Assembly: GCA_035720425.1 (NCBI GenBank) | Contig: DASTOB010000061.1 | Location: 29,870 to 93,869 of the forward strand | Length of the DNA stretch: 64,000 nucleotides | Direction: 5' to 3' | From: Candidatus Limnocylindrales bacterium | GTDB lineage: Bacteria > Chloroflexota > Limnocylindria > Limnocylindrales > CSP1-4 | Shown: piece after piece, positions 63,716 through 64,000 of the stretch | How the letters are laid out: each line of letters starts with the position of its first letter | Position numbering within the stretch: position 1 is the stretch's first letter | Translations under genes and position numbers: made by a program | The notes under the pieces: model-generated | What the model saw: the letters and a program-made list of their open reading frames with translations, nothing else | Told to the model about the DNA's origin: nothing | The model's database searches: none

Positions 63716-63760
63716 CCGCGCTGTCGCGGGCTCCTCTGCCGCGCTGTCGCGGCCCCTCTG
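63716..63760. repeat. Two tandem copies of a 22-23-bp unit, each containing the small palindrome CCGCGCTGTCGCGG
   Basis: The sequence CCGCGCTGTCGCGGGCTCCTCTG followed by CCGCGCTGTCGCGGCCCCTCTG is read directly. Confidence 0.6.
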
Positions 63761-63880
63761 CCGCACGGTCAACGCTCCCGTGGGTAACGAAATCTGGATG
63801 AACGAGCGTGGGCGCATGCCGGTTTCGGTCAGTTTCGCGATGTGAGCGTGCTCGTTCGTTCGGGTCGCGTAACTGGTGGT

Positions 63881-63927
63881 AGCGCCGCAACGTGGGGAGC
63901 GCCGCAACGTGGGGAGCGCCGCAACGG
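63881..63927. repeat. 17-bp tandem repeat AGCGCCGCAACGTGGGG, about 2.8 copies
   Basis: Copies lie at 63881-63897 and 63898-63914, with a partial copy at 63915-63927. Confidence 0.8.
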
Positions 63928-64000
63928 TACCCGGACGGCGCACCTCCGCCCGGACCATCGGGTCGGATGCCCGATCCCGGACATCCTGCTACTGTTGATC

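Noticed and set aside
63399-63958. ORFs 63399..63890 - and 63488..63958 - as protein genes.
   Set aside because: They overlap the tmRNA. The second simply reads through the tag-coding frame, ending in ...GNRQSTLALAA. Neither has protein-like features upstream.

Overview
This is a very GC-rich bacterial chromosome segment; I did not compute the GC content. The gene content looks Actinomycetota-like, with a phosphatidylinositol/PIM lipid operon and many GTG starts, but I cannot assign a lineage from sequence alone. I call about 55 protein genes and one tmRNA.

The window spans the replication origin. rpmH-rnpA-yidD-yidC-jag runs on the + strand. dnaA, a DnaA-box cluster, dnaN, recF and a DUF721 gene run on the - strand.

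From left to right the window contains:
- clpB (3' part), a Nudix hydrolase, a cupin, purH, glpX, folK and a MidA/NDUFAF7-type methyltransferase.
- A 15-kb complex I (nuo) operon with non-canonical architecture.
- otsA/otsB, a TlpA-like redoxin, a sortase-like protein, corA and an MFS pump.
- An ArsR-led operon: PIP synthase, ino1, two acyltransferases, a PHP phosphoesterase and pimA.
- A 51-bp-phased hairpin repeat array.
- A GT-C/GT2 glycosylation cluster that includes an 1826-aa double GT-C fusion.
- A bifunctional nuclease, a rhomboid and a pseudo-PP2C membrane protein.
- The origin genes, then VanW, a cupredoxin, a LuxR regulator, an adenylate cyclase and ssrA.

I saw no transposase, integrase, CRISPR/cas, rRNA or tRNA.

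The most unusual observation is in the nuo operon. nuoI appears to be split into two halves. A NuoE-remnant / NuoF / NuoG-N-terminus+GltD flavoprotein cassette sits between the halves and is fused to them, and canonical nuoE and nuoG are absent. This suggests a modular NAD(P)H-input variant of complex I.

Secondary leads:
- A PHP phosphoesterase embedded in the PI/PIM operon, a candidate PIP phosphatase.
- The giant fused glycosyltransferase, which carries a roughly 400-aa loop insertion.
- The phased hairpin array.

All functional calls rest on motif recognition by eye; no database search was possible.
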